Positions 19,421 to 29,638 are shown, numbered from the stretch's first letter. The stretch is 64,000 nt of DNA from Candidatus Latescibacterota bacterium (GCA_963707635.1 OY970173.1:864001-928000), one strand, 5' to 3'. Notes: a model not told the origin generated them from the sequence alone. Translations and numbers: made by a program.

Positions 19421-20359
19421 ATGGAAGAAACACCCGTTAACGGCCTCGTGATTCGTGTGACCGGGGGCGAGGTCCGCGTACGCGTGGGCTCCGAGGTGGT
19501 GGCGTGCTCGCTCCGCGGCCGCTTTCGGGTGAAGCAGGCGGACATCCAGCTGGTCGCCGGGGACCGGGTCGCCATCCTCCGCGAGGCCATCGCCGGCGTG
19601 GCAACTGGCGTTGCTACTATCGAGAGCGTCGAGCCCCGCGTTTCCTGGCTTTCCCGGTACGTGGAGCGCGAGGGCAAGACCCGCGCGGTGGTGGCCAACA
19701 TCGACCGGCTGTTTGTCGTGACCGCGCTGGCGGACCCCCCGCCCCGGCTGGCGTTCCTCGACCGGGTTCTGGCGTCCGCGGAGTGGGGCAACGTACCGGC
19801 GTGCGTCGTATTCAATAAGAGTGACCTGGCCAAGGGCGACGACCTCGGCCGCTTTCAGGCGATGTACGAAGCGTGCGGATACGACGTGGTTGCGACCAGC
19901 GCGACCCAGGGTCGCGGTCTCGATACGCTCGAGCCTCTGATCTCGGACGGCATCTACGCCTTCGTCGGCGAGTCCGGCGTGGGGAAGACGTCGCTGGTCA
20001 ACCGCCTCGACCCCAGCCTCGACCTGAACGTGCAGGAAATCGGGGAACGCACCGGTCGCGGCCGGCACACCACCTCGTACTCGCAGCTCTTTCCGTTCCG
20101 CGGTGGATACATGGCCGACACGCCGGGCATGCAGACGTTCAGTTTTCCGGGCAACGACGCAGGCGAGCTGGCGGCGTGCTTTTCCGACATGGCGGCGGTG
20201 GACGCGCCGTGCCGGTTCAACCCGTGCACACACACCCACGAACCGGGTTGCGCGGTGAAGGCGGCGCGCGACGCCGGCGCCATCGCGCCGTCGCGCTACG
20301 AGAGCTTCCTCGCCATCCTCGCGGAGATCAACGAACGGGCCAAGAGAAAGCGCTGGTAA
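19421..20359 (+). CDS. rsgA: Ribosome small subunit-dependent GTPase A
   Basis: NKSDL, GESGVGKTSLVN, GRHTT, DTPG, CRFNPCTHTHEPGCAV. Confidence 0.95.
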   Translation: MEETPVNGLVIRVTGGEVRVRVGSEVVACSLRGRFRVKQADIQLVAGDRVAILREAIAGVATGVATIESVEPRVSWLSRYVEREGKTRAVVANIDRLFVVTALADPPPRLAFLDRVLASAEWGNVPACVVFNKSDLAKGDDLGRFQAMYEACGYDVVATSATQGRGLDTLEPLISDGIYAFVGESGVGKTSLVNRLDPSLDLNVQEIGERTGRGRHTTSYSQLFPFRGGYMADTPGMQTFSFPGNDAGELAACFSDMAAVDAPCRFNPCTHTHEPGCAVKAARDAGAIAPSRYESFLAILAEINERAKRKRW

Positions 20360-20362
20360 CCG

Positions 20363-21490
20363 ATGGGCCGCGTGAAGACGCTCGAACGCTCGGGCAAGCG
20401 GGCGCTGATGCGCGCCATCGGGCGCCTGCTCCACGCCCGCCCGCTCTCAACTGAAGAATTCCGCGCCCTGCGTTTCGATCGCATCCTCGTCATCCGGCAG
20501 CACAACCAGATGGGCGACATGATGCTCGCCATTCCGGCGCTGCGCGCGGTCAGGGAAACCTATCCGCGCGCGCGGATCGGGGTGGTGTCGTCTACACTCA
20601 ACGCCGGCGTGCTGGCCAACAGCCCGTTCGTGGATCGCGTGTTCACGTACGACAAGGCGCGCCCCCTGACTGGTGTGCGCCTGCTGCGCGAGTTGCGCGC
20701 GGAGCGATTCGACCTCGCCATCGTGCTCCACACCGTGTCGTTTTCGTTCACCAGCGTGATGCTCGCCGTCCTGTCGGGCGCGCGCATCCGCATGGGGTCG
20801 ACGTCGCGCGCGCTCGGCGACTCGCTGACCGGCTCGTACTTGAACATGACCCTGCCGCTGCCGGACCCGGCGGAGCTCGATCGTATGAACGAGGCCGAAC
20901 ACAACCTGTTTCCACTGCGCGCGGCGGGGATCACGACCGACGACCTCGCGCCGCTGATGGTCCCCGCGGCGGCGAGCGAGCGCTGGGCGGAGGCGTTCGC
21001 GCGCGAGCACTGGCGCGAGGGGTCCCTTCGGCTCGCCGTGCACCCGGGGGCGGGAAAGATCCAGAACATCTGGCCGCCGGAGAACTTCGCAGCGGTGGTG
21101 GATGCGTTGAGCGGGCGTCGTCCGGTAAGCCTGGTGGTCGTGGAAGGGCCGCGGGATGCATTGTCCGTTGCCGCCTTCGCACGCGCGTGCTCGGTTACAG
21201 GTACCGTGCTGCGCGGGAGGTCGATCGTGGACGTCGCCGCGTTGCTCAAGCGCGCCGACCTGGTCATTTGCAACGACACCGGTGTGATGCATGTGGCGGC
21301 CGCGGCGGGCGCGCGCGTGCTGGCGGTTTTCGGGCCGACGGACCCGGCACGATGGGCGCCGCTGTGCGACGGCTTGACGGTGGTGCGAGCGCCGGAGGGG
21401 AACTTACAGGCGGTAACGCCAGAGATGGTGGTGGAAAGGGCGGTGGGAGTGTTGGTGGGGCTCGACTCTCAAGCGGCGATCGACAAGTGA
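20363..21490 (+). CDS. Glycosyltransferase family 9 (LPS heptosyltransferase-like)
   Basis: MGDMML, HPGAG, CNDTGVMHVAAA, FGPTDP.RW. Confidence 0.9.
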   Translation: MGRVKTLERSGKRALMRAIGRLLHARPLSTEEFRALRFDRILVIRQHNQMGDMMLAIPALRAVRETYPRARIGVVSSTLNAGVLANSPFVDRVFTYDKARPLTGVRLLRELRAERFDLAIVLHTVSFSFTSVMLAVLSGARIRMGSTSRALGDSLTGSYLNMTLPLPDPAELDRMNEAEHNLFPLRAAGITTDDLAPLMVPAAASERWAEAFAREHWREGSLRLAVHPGAGKIQNIWPPENFAAVVDALSGRRPVSLVVVEGPRDALSVAAFARACSVTGTVLRGRSIVDVAALLKRADLVICNDTGVMHVAAAAGARVLAVFGPTDPARWAPLCDGLTVVRAPEGNLQAVTPEMVVERAVGVLVGLDSQAAIDK

Positions 21491-21497
21491 GCTTGCA

Positions 21498-21701
21498 ATG
21501 AACGCAGCCTCCCTATTCTGGGGTTTTCTCTTCGGTTCCATCGGGGTCGGCTTCTTCATTTATGGTAAGAAGCAGCAGAGAATGGTTCCTCTGTTCTGCG
21601 GCGTGGTCTTGATGGTCTTTCCCTACTTTGTCTCCAACCCCATCCTTATTGTTATCATCGGCGCGGTGCTCATGGCCGTTCCTTACTTCGTCAGAATGTG
21701 A
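21498..21701 (+). CDS. Small membrane protein
   Basis: 67 aa hydrophobic; FGSIG.GFFIYGKKQ...LMVFPYFV pattern of a conserved small hypothetical family. Confidence 0.75.
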   Translation: MNAASLFWGFLFGSIGVGFFIYGKKQQRMVPLFCGVVLMVFPYFVSNPILIVIIGAVLMAVPYFVRM

Positions 21702-21821
21702 GCGAGGTCCCTCCGTAGGCCAGACCGTTGTCATTCCCGCCCACAGGAGGGCTTATTTCCTTGCGGCTCGGGGGTGGTCGGGTGCATGTTGGGTATTCGG
21801 GCCGCTAGTAAGGAACAGACC

Positions 21822-22331
21822 ATGCACCGTCGAATGCGGAGCGACCCCGCCCCGGTTCTGTTCGCGTTATTGCTCCTGATTGCAGCTTCGCCGTCGGCGC
21901 AGGCCGGCGATGCCTCTGAAACCATCGCCGTGATGGATTCCGTCGCGGTCGATTCGATTCCCCTGATCGGCAATGTGGTCTATCTCGACTTCTGGGCGTC
22001 GTGGTGCGTTCCCTGTCGGGAATCGTTCCCATGGATGAAGGGGCTCGTGGACAAGTACCGGGCGCGCGGGTTGCGCGTGATTACGGTCAATCTCGACAGG
22101 GATCCCGCCGCCGGAAAGAAGTTCCTGCAGGAGCTGCAGTCACCCTTGCCGGTCGTGTTCGATTCCAAAGGATCGCTCGCGAAGCTCTACCACCTCGACG
22201 TACTTCCAACCTCCTTCATCTATGGACGCGACGGCAAACTCAAAACGCGTCATGAAGGATTCCATGCCCCGGAAACGGCATTTCTCGAGGCCCTGATCGA
22301 CACTCTTCTTGAGGAGAAACCAAAAAAATGA
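21822..22331 (+). CDS. TlpA-family thioredoxin, exported
   Basis: Signal peptide; VYLDFWASWCVPC; LPTSF; AAGGA SD. Confidence 0.9.
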   Translation: MHRRMRSDPAPVLFALLLLIAASPSAQAGDASETIAVMDSVAVDSIPLIGNVVYLDFWASWCVPCRESFPWMKGLVDKYRARGLRVITVNLDRDPAAGKKFLQELQSPLPVVFDSKGSLAKLYHLDVLPTSFIYGRDGKLKTRHEGFHAPETAFLEALIDTLLEEKPKK

Positions 22332-22561
22332 AAACCGTCGGACGTTTGGCAGTCATGTTGGCAGTCACCGTCGCCGCGGCGTTGCTTGGCGCCTGCTCGA
22401 CGGTCGGGGTCGAGGTCTGGGAACGCGACATCCTGGCAAGACCGGAGATGGGGCCGGACTACGCCCGCGTGGACAGGGCGCTCGACGATCACATCTACTT
22501 CAGCAAGGAAGCATCGACTGGCGGGCGTGGACTCGGTGGTGGTGGCTGCGGATGCAACTGA
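22328..22561 (+). CDS. DUF4266 lipoprotein
   Basis: Lipobox LGAC; WERDILA...HIYFSKEA; C-terminal GGGGCGCN. Confidence 0.88.
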   Translation: MKTVGRLAVMLAVTVAAALLGACSTVGVEVWERDILARPEMGPDYARVDRALDDHIYFSKEASTGGRGLGGGGCGCN

Positions 22562-23850
22562 ACCGCCCCGAGCGGATCGCAACCGCGTTGAGCGCGTTTA
22601 CCGCCGCGCTGCTGGGATCCGGAGCGAGTGTGTCGGCGGACTCCGGGAGGGTCGACTCCTCACTGCTCATCTATTCCGAGGTGGACCGGGTCAAGGCGGC
22701 GGAGGCGGTCATCGATTACCGGAAGACCGTGAGCGAGCATCGAAGCTTCGGGCTTCGGTTGACGCTGGACGCCCTGACCGGCGCGTCGCCAAATGGCGCC
22801 ACGCCGTCGAGCAATGTTCAAACCTTCACGGGAGCGTCCGGGAGCACGGGATACACGGCCCCGGCCGGACAGATCCCGCTGGACGATACCTTCACCGACC
22901 AGAGACTCGGTCTGGACGGCTCCTTCGCCGAGTCCCTGGATCGCCTCACGGTGCTGACGGTGGGCGGCCACTTTTCCATTGAACACGATTACTCCTCGGT
23001 CGGCGTAAGCGGCGGACTCAGCCGGGACCTCAATCACCGGAATACGACGCTGAGCGTGTCGGGGTCCTACGACCACGATACCGTTTCACCGATCGGCGGG
23101 GCGCCGGCCCCGTTTTCGGCGATGCCACCACCGACTCCCAGTTCGGAAGAAGAAGAAGACGAGGGCGAGGGTGGTGGATCCGGGCCCGGAGAAGGCAAGG
23201 ACGTCCTCGACGCCGTCGTCGGAGTCAGTCAGGTGTTGTCCCGGAAAACTATTCTACGGATGGACTATTCCTGCGGCCGGTCATCCGGGTACCTGAATGA
23301 CCCGTACAAGCTGCTCAGCGTGGTTCAGGACGAGAGTGGGACCGCGCCCGGCGAACCCGTCGACTACATCTACGAGAGCCGACCCGGTGCGCGAGTCAGG
23401 CAAGCGCTGTTCTCGGAGTTGAGGCAATACGTCGCGAGAAGCACCGTCGACGTGTCCTACCGGTATTTCTGGGATGATTGGGGAATCGTCTCGCACACCG
23501 TCGACCTGCTTTCCACTCTCCCGTTGGGAGGCGGCAGGAGCATTGAGCCCCACGTCCGCTGGTATCGGCAATCGGCCGCGGACTTCTATCACACGTACCT
23601 GGTTCAGAATCAACCCTTCCCTGAGCGAGCTTCAGCGGACGTCCGACTGGCCGCGTTCGATGCGATGACCTTCGGTCTGAAATTCTCGTTTCCGGTGAAC
23701 GAACTCGATCATCTGGGTCTGACCGCGGAGTACTACACCCAGATGGGAGAGCGAAGCCCGCCCGATGCAATTGGCATACTGAGCCAATACGACCTGTTCC
23801 CCCAACTCGACGTCTTCATGTTCAGAGTCGGTTTCGAGCATGGTTTCTGA
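22552..23850 (+). CDS. DUF3570 outer-membrane beta-barrel, probable flavinylation substrate
   Basis: Start MQLN overlaps DUF4266; DALTGAS and TFTGAS motifs; YLNDPYK, YRYFWDDWGI.SHT; terminal Phe. Confidence 0.85.
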   Translation: MQLNRPERIATALSAFTAALLGSGASVSADSGRVDSSLLIYSEVDRVKAAEAVIDYRKTVSEHRSFGLRLTLDALTGASPNGATPSSNVQTFTGASGSTGYTAPAGQIPLDDTFTDQRLGLDGSFAESLDRLTVLTVGGHFSIEHDYSSVGVSGGLSRDLNHRNTTLSVSGSYDHDTVSPIGGAPAPFSAMPPPTPSSEEEEDEGEGGGSGPGEGKDVLDAVVGVSQVLSRKTILRMDYSCGRSSGYLNDPYKLLSVVQDESGTAPGEPVDYIYESRPGARVRQALFSELRQYVARSTVDVSYRYFWDDWGIVSHTVDLLSTLPLGGGRSIEPHVRWYRQSAADFYHTYLVQNQPFPERASADVRLAAFDAMTFGLKFSFPVNELDHLGLTAEYYTQMGERSPPDAIGILSQYDLFPQLDVFMFRVGFEHGF

Positions 23851-24742
23851 AGCGGCGCAACCGTTCTCGCTCCGTCGCGCAGATTCTCACTGGGTCGCCA
23901 CGTACGCCGCGATGGCGAGCCCGTGTGAAATACACATGCGCTGCGACGACGCGAAAGACGCCCATCGACTGGCGGTGCTCGCGTATCAGGAAACCACTCG
24001 CATTGAGGCGAAATTCAGCCGGTATCGCAGGGACAACATAGTTCACGCCATCAACCACAGTAACGGGGCCACCGTGCGCGTGGATGACGAGACGTCGAGT
24101 CTGCTGCGCTACGCGGGGCAGTGTTACCAGGTCAGCGATGGGCGTTTCGACATTACATCCGGGGTATTGCGGCGCGCATGGGTATTCGACGGCCGGGAAG
24201 CGAGACCCGACCCGGCGCTGATCCAATCGCTATTGGACCGGGTCGGGTGGAACCGGGTCGAGTTCGATGGAAGCAGCATCCGGTTGATGCGGGATATGGA
24301 GGTCGATTTTGGGGGCATCGGCAAGGAATACGCCGCCGATAAGGTTGCGGGTCTGCTCGCCGCGTCCGGAGACATCGCCGTGATGGTCAATCTGGGGGGC
24401 GATATTCGCACCGTCGCCCGCGGAGAGGCACAGCGATCGTGGAGCATCGGCATCGAGGACCCCACGGGAAAGAATGTCGCGGTTGGCCAGCTCGAACTCG
24501 CGAACGGCGCTGTCGCGACCAGCGGAGATGCCCGTCGCTTCTGTTATGTCGATGGCGTGCGTCTGGGACACATCCTGGATCCGCGCACCGGTTGGCCCGT
24601 CGCCGGCGCGCCTCGCAGTGCGACGGTGATCGCCGACACCTGCAGCGCGGCCGGTTTCCTGGCGACTGTGGCCATGCTTCATGGCACCGACGCGGAAAAG
24701 TTCCTGGACGCACAGGGAGTCACCTATCATTGCGTCCGGTGA
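23840..24742 (+). CDS. apbE: FAD:protein FMN transferase
   Basis: FDITSG, DFGGIGKEYAAD, NLGGD, ATSGD, HILDPRTGWP. Confidence 0.93.
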   Translation: MVSEAAQPFSLRRADSHWVATYAAMASPCEIHMRCDDAKDAHRLAVLAYQETTRIEAKFSRYRRDNIVHAINHSNGATVRVDDETSSLLRYAGQCYQVSDGRFDITSGVLRRAWVFDGREARPDPALIQSLLDRVGWNRVEFDGSSIRLMRDMEVDFGGIGKEYAADKVAGLLAASGDIAVMVNLGGDIRTVARGEAQRSWSIGIEDPTGKNVAVGQLELANGAVATSGDARRFCYVDGVRLGHILDPRTGWPVAGAPRSATVIADTCSAAGFLATVAMLHGTDAEKFLDAQGVTYHCVR

Positions 24743-24814
24743 TCATGGGCTTGCGGCGCCACTGGCAATCGTGCTCGCGACGCGCAAGGAACGACGCCGC
24801 CATTCCGGCGCCGA

Positions 24815-26638
24815 TCAGTAGCGGGGGCTCAGCGTAATGTGCAGCGGGAGCGTTTCGTTGGCCTCGATAGAGACCTCCGACGTCCACGTGAAGTAGTTCA
24901 GCTTCTTGATCATTAGCGTGTGCGTCCCGGCCGTCACCTCGATGGGGTGGCGGATCGGTGTGGTGCCGACGAATTCGCCGTCGATGTAGAACTCGGCGCC
25001 TTCCTGTGTGGCCAGGCTGATGATCCCCTTGAGCTTCTTCAAGATGATGGTGCGCCGCGACATTTCGCCCGCCACGATGCGGAGGGTTTCCGAGTACGGT
25101 TCGTGCTTCGGATACCGGCACTCGATGGTCTGCTTGCCTGCCGGCAGCGTGAGCCGGAGCGTCGGGGACGCGTCGCCGCGGTAGGTACCATTCACGTACA
25201 CCTGCGCCAGCGGTTCCACCTCGAGGGTCAGATAACCGTCGCGTTTCGGCCGCTCGACGGGCTCGCTTTTCTGCGTCGCGGGCGTTTCTGTGGGTGTCAC
25301 CGGCTGGGCTTTGTCGGTCCCAGTGGTCTCCACCGGCGGATCGTTTGCGGGTTTCGAGGACGGGTCCGCGCGCCAGGGCATGGCGGGCGGCGCGGACGGA
25401 CCCGCCGGCTCTGCGGCGGTCGTCTCCGAGCGGGCGAGGGTCGATTCCGGAGCCGACGTCGCGGCGATCGACGTGTCGGTCGCGGACGCGGCCGCGCTGT
25501 CCGGCGTCGACAACGGCGTCGCGATGAAGTCGAGCGCGCCTTCGGTAACGGTTGCCTGCTGGACGCCGGGCGTGGGGTCGAGATTAGACGCGCCGGTCGA
25601 GCGCGCCCGCGGCCAGAAGAACCACCAGCCGGCCCCGCCCATCACCAGCGCGACCACGATCATCGTCACCCAAAGACCCCCGTGGGAACCATGCTTGGCG
25701 GCGGCGGTGCTCTTCGCCCACGATGCCGAGGTAGCCCCCTTCGTGGGCTTGGTTCGCGGCAGTATCCGGGTCTGCGTGTCGCGCTCGAGGAGGGCGGGAA
25801 GCCCCTTGGTAGCGGCACTGAGGCCTTCCAACCCCAGCACCGCCTCGATCGCTTCGCGAAACATTCGCGCCGACTGAAACCGTTCTTCGCGGTTCTTGGC
25901 GAGGGCCTTCATGACCATGGCGTCCACCGCGGGTGGCACCTGGGAGTTGATTTCCTTCACCGACGGCACGCGCCCGTGGATGATGTTCTGGATGACGCCC
26001 ATGTAGTTTTCGCTCGCGAACGGCTGGCGCCCGGTGAGGAGCTCGTAGAGCACCGTGCCGAGCGAAAAGAGATCGCTGCGCTGGTCGACGCTTTCGCCGA
26101 ACGCCTGCTCCGGCGACATGTAGAGCGGGGTGCCGAGGATCGAATCCGCCGCCGTCTGGACGGTGTTGCCGTGGGTGAGCTTGGCGAGTCCGAAGTCCGT
26201 GATCTTCGCGACCCCGCTCTTGGTCAGCATGACGTTGCCCGGCTTGATGTCGCGGTGGACGATGCCCTTGGAGTGCGCGTGCTCGAGACCGCGCAGGATC
26301 TGGTGCGCGAGGGCGAGGGCGAGTTCGGGCTGGATGGGGCGCCAGCGCTCGAGCACTTCCTTGAGGCTCTCGCCCTCGACGAACTCCATCACCATCTGAT
26401 AGCTGCCGGCCTCGACGCCGAAATCGATCACCCGCACGATGTTTTCGTGGTCGAGGGACGCGGCCGCCTTGGCTTCGAGCACGAAGCGGCGCGTGAAATT
26501 CTCGTCCTGCGTGAGGTGCGGGTGCAGGCGCTTGACCGCGACCACGCGGTCGAGCGAAACCTGGACCGCCTTGAACAGCACGGCCGTCCCGCCGGTGGCG
26601 ACGGTCTGGATGATGTTGAAGCTGGGATTCTCGCTCAC
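24815..26638 (-). CDS. Hanks-type Ser/Thr protein kinase with TM helix and C-terminal PEGA-like domains
   Basis: VAVK, HRDIKPGN, DFGLA, GTPLYMSPE, DLFSLG; TM LWVTMIVVALVMGGAGWWFFW; YIDGEFVGTTP. Confidence 0.93.
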   Translation of the reverse strand: MSENPSFNIIQTVATGGTAVLFKAVQVSLDRVVAVKRLHPHLTQDENFTRRFVLEAKAAASLDHENIVRVIDFGVEAGSYQMVMEFVEGESLKEVLERWRPIQPELALALAHQILRGLEHAHSKGIVHRDIKPGNVMLTKSGVAKITDFGLAKLTHGNTVQTAADSILGTPLYMSPEQAFGESVDQRSDLFSLGTVLYELLTGRQPFASENYMGVIQNIIHGRVPSVKEINSQVPPAVDAMVMKALAKNREERFQSARMFREAIEAVLGLEGLSAATKGLPALLERDTQTRILPRTKPTKGATSASWAKSTAAAKHGSHGGLWVTMIVVALVMGGAGWWFFWPRARSTGASNLDPTPGVQQATVTEGALDFIATPLSTPDSAAASATDTSIAATSAPESTLARSETTAAEPAGPSAPPAMPWRADPSSKPANDPPVETTGTDKAQPVTPTETPATQKSEPVERPKRDGYLTLEVEPLAQVYVNGTYRGDASPTLRLTLPAGKQTIECRYPKHEPYSETLRIVAGEMSRRTIILKKLKGIISLATQEGAEFYIDGEFVGTTPIRHPIEVTAGTHTLMIKKLNYFTWTSEVSIEANETLPLHITLSPRY

Positions 26639-26642
26639 GCCG

Positions 26643-27374
26643 TCACCTCGCGAGCACGAGCCGCTCCGCCAGGTACGAAGGCAACCCGTTCGAGAGAATC
26701 TTCCCCTGCGAGGTCGAGATATCGTAGGGAATGCGGATGAACTCGAGGCTGCGGGCCTCCTCGTCGAGCAGCACCGCGCACGCGTCCGGGTTGGAGTCGC
26801 GCGGCTGGCCGATCGAGCCGACGTTGACGAAGTAGCGCGTGTCGTCGTCGAGTTTCGCTTTCGAGTCGCGCTGGACCTCCATGCGGCCGGTCTTCTTGCT
26901 CATCGTGACCAGCACCGGCAGGTGGGTGTGGCCGACAAAGCAGAAGCGCTGGCCGATGTGCGCGAACACGTCGGCGACTTCCTCGAGCGTGCGGATGTAC
27001 GCAAACCGTATCGGGTCGAGCGGCGACGCGTGGGTGTAGCAGTAGTCTCCGTCGACGTACTGCAGCGGCAGGTTGCCGAGCAGGTCCTTGTCTTCCGCGT
27101 TCAACTGCTCGCGCGTCCATTCGATGGAGCGCTTGGCGATCGCGTTGAATTCATCGGTCGGGATGACGCCCGCGACCGCGAGGTCGTGGTTGCCCGCGAG
27201 CATGAGGTTCGCCTTGTCGCCCACCAGGTCGATACACGGCTGCGGATCCGCGCCGTATCCGACCACGTCGCCCAGGCACATCAACTGGTACGGCTCGAAC
27301 TTGCGCGCGGCCTCCAGCGTGGCCTGGAGCGCTTCGAGGTTCCCGTGGATGTCGGAGATCAAGAGGTAACGCAT
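26643..27374 (-). CDS. Metallophosphoesterase (PPP-like)
   Basis: DIHGN, GDVVGY, GNHD, GHTH, NVGSIGQPRD. Confidence 0.92.
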   Translation of the reverse strand: MRYLLISDIHGNLEALQATLEAARKFEPYQLMCLGDVVGYGADPQPCIDLVGDKANLMLAGNHDLAVAGVIPTDEFNAIAKRSIEWTREQLNAEDKDLLGNLPLQYVDGDYCYTHASPLDPIRFAYIRTLEEVADVFAHIGQRFCFVGHTHLPVLVTMSKKTGRMEVQRDSKAKLDDDTRYFVNVGSIGQPRDSNPDACAVLLDEEARSLEFIRIPYDISTSQGKILSNGLPSYLAERLVLAR

Positions 27375-27402
27375 CGATGCCTCCGCGCTGGATGGTGCCG
27401 AA

Positions 27403-28872
27403 TTACTCGTGAAAAACGATCAGCTCGTTGGCGAGCTGGATCTCGTCGTTGTCCTGGAGTTCGACTTCTTTGACGGACCGGCCGGCGACCCGGATCGGCC
27501 GCAGGCCTCCGACGCGGCGCAGGATCACGCGCTCGTTTTCGCGCACGATCTCGGCGTGGCGGGCGCCCACGAACAACCCTCCGACCCGCACGTCCGCGGT
27601 CTCGTGGCTGCCGATCGTCACCGCGACCTCGGTGACCTCCAGCACGCGGTCGCCGTGGGCCGTGCGCACGATCAGGCGCGGTCGGCGTCGCGACGCGACG
27701 GTTGCGGTCGCGCCGCCGGCGACCCCCTGGGGTACCGACTGCGCCTTGGGGTCGTGGCTGCGCGACCGAGCCAGCTCAATAGCCTTGGTCGCCACCGCGG
27801 AGTCCGCGGTTTTTTCGCCCGCGGCGCCGTGCATGCCGCCCGCCGCCATTTGGCTGCGCGAGAACACCATGGTCTGATCGAACCCCGGGATTTCAGGCTC
27901 GGCCACCGCGTGGCCGCTCTGGGTGCGGAACTGGATCGTATGCTTGCCGATCGTGATCTCGTCGCCGTCCACGAGCGTGCGGCGGGTGACGCGCTCGTGG
28001 TTGACTTCGGTGCCGTTGAGGCTGTCGCAGTCGCGCACGACGTAGCTGCCGCGGTCCTCTTCGATGACGGAATGCAGTCGCGACACCGCCAGATTGTCGA
28101 TCACAATGTCGTTGTCGGGGGTGCGGCCGATGCGCAGGCGCGGACGGTCCATCTCCCAGCGCCCGATTTCACGATCCTTGAAACGCAGGATGACGAGCGG
28201 CGGTTTGGAAAGAAACACGTCCTCGAAGCGACCCACGAACGAGTCGGGGAGATTCTTCGCGTCCGGCGCGAAGGACACCAGGAAGTCCTCGTACAGGCTG
28301 ATGGTGAGCGGCTTCTCCGCGGCGCAGGTGTAGACCTTGACCAGGAACTCTTCGCGGAACGTGCCCTCGCGCGGCGCGGCGAACGACTGCTCGTGGCAGA
28401 ACGCCGCGGTCTTGCCCTTTTCGTAGCGCAGCACGGCCAGAAACGAGTCGCGCGCCGCGGCGACGATGCAGCTCTTGCCCTCGGCCTCGATCTTGTCGAG
28501 CAGCTCGTCGAGGTCGACGAGGTTCGTCATCACGCGCAAGGCGGGTTTCTTCTGGGCCACCACCAGGAACGAATGCAGCAGCTTCGTGCTGAGCTCGAGA
28601 ATCGCCGCGCGCGGAAAGTTCATGTTGGTCGCGCCGACCAGGAAGTCGCGAATCGAGGTCGGCCCGAGCTGCCCGGCGACGGCCTCGGCGGCGGCGTAGA
28701 TCTGCCGCTCGCGCAGCAGGAGAAAACGCTGCGCGGTGGCGTCGTAGATCTCGAGCACGGTCGGCTTGGTCGCGCTGGCGTCGAGCGCGCGACGGATCAG
28801 GTCGTTGATCGACGACTTGGTGACGTCGCCCGTTTCCGCGACGATGCCGACGTATGGGATGGTGATTCTCAC
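27403..28872 (-). CDS. FHA domain protein (one canonical and one degenerate FHA)
   Basis: IGRTPDNDIVIDNLAVSRLH...DSLNGT; C-terminal TIGS...DVRV...ARHAEI; GTG start at 28872 inferred. Confidence 0.85.
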   Translation of the reverse strand: MRITIPYVGIVAETGDVTKSSINDLIRRALDASATKPTVLEIYDATAQRFLLLRERQIYAAAEAVAGQLGPTSIRDFLVGATNMNFPRAAILELSTKLLHSFLVVAQKKPALRVMTNLVDLDELLDKIEAEGKSCIVAAARDSFLAVLRYEKGKTAAFCHEQSFAAPREGTFREEFLVKVYTCAAEKPLTISLYEDFLVSFAPDAKNLPDSFVGRFEDVFLSKPPLVILRFKDREIGRWEMDRPRLRIGRTPDNDIVIDNLAVSRLHSVIEEDRGSYVVRDCDSLNGTEVNHERVTRRTLVDGDEITIGKHTIQFRTQSGHAVAEPEIPGFDQTMVFSRSQMAAGGMHGAAGEKTADSAVATKAIELARSRSHDPKAQSVPQGVAGGATATVASRRRPRLIVRTAHGDRVLEVTEVAVTIGSHETADVRVGGLFVGARHAEIVRENERVILRRVGGLRPIRVAGRSVKEVELQDNDEIQLANELIVFHE

Positions 28873-28940
28873 GGTGCAACCTTTTTGCCGACTTGCGCGG
28901 CGACCGGGCCCGGAACACGTTGTCGACGCGACGAAAAAGG

Positions 28941-28955
28941 GCAAGTTCCATGCCA
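28941..28955 (-). promoter_or_regulatory. Sigma54 (-24/-12) promoter
   Basis: Minus strand TGGCAT-GGAAC-TTGC matches TGGCAC-N5-TTGC with invariant GG/GC; ~70 bp upstream of the FHA gene. Confidence 0.7.
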
Positions 28956-29162
28956 CGGTTTGCGCGCGATCGCGCGTGTCGACGGCGAGAACGTGGCGTC
29001 CGGACGGCACAATCTCGAGCGGGGTCGCGGGCGTTGCGGGGAGCGATCGAGCGACGGGCGCGGAATGCAACCGTGTGCCCGGAGCACGCGGCCGGCGGCG
29101 GCGTGGGCTGCCCCGTCGTGTGCGATGATGGCGCTCCCATGCACCGAACGCCGCATCGTGCC

Positions 29163-29192
29163 TTGACGTTCCCGCCCGCGACGTGGTATACT
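29163..29192 (+). promoter_or_regulatory. Sigma70 promoter of cold-shock gene
   Basis: TTGACG-18 bp-TATACT with extended TG; implies a ~120-nt 5' UTR. Confidence 0.6.
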
Positions 29193-29319
29193 GAACCTCG
29201 TTTCAGGCAAGGATGAGCCACGTGTTTTGCAGCCACTGTGTGACGCAGTCATAGGGGATCCATCGCGCGCTTCGGTGCCCGCGGTGGATTCTGGCTTTTA
29301 GGAAAGGGGGACTGACGCT

Positions 29320-29565
29320 TTGCGCACTTCTGGTAAGGTGAAGTGGTTCAACGAGAATAAGGGCTTTGGCTTCATCGTCGGGGAAGAAGGCGGACGCGAC
29401 ATCTTCGTCCACTATTCCGAGATTCGTGACGACGGCTACCGCACGCTCGCGGAGGGAGAGCTGGTCGAATACGAGTTGATGGATAGCCCGAAGGGGCCGC
29501 AGGCCAAGGCGGTGCTGCGCAGTCAGAAGCACGGGACGGAGCAGGCAGCGGCCGACGCTGCCTAG
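29320..29565 (+). CDS. Cold shock domain protein
   Basis: [30 protein letters not shown] start. Confidence 0.93.
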   Translation: MRTSGKVKWFNENKGFGFIVGEEGGRDIFVHYSEIRDDGYRTLAEGELVEYELMDSPKGPQAKAVLRSQKHGTEQAAADAA

Positions 29566-29592
29566 GCGCTCGTCGTCTTCGCGCTAAACACA

Positions 29593-29638
29593 GATCCCCG
29601 TACCAGCGCGTGGCGCGGGTACGGGGATCGTGTTTTTT
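29593..29638 (+). terminator. Intrinsic terminator
   Basis: GATCCCCGTACC...GGTACGGGGATC stem followed by GTGTTTTTT. Confidence 0.8.
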
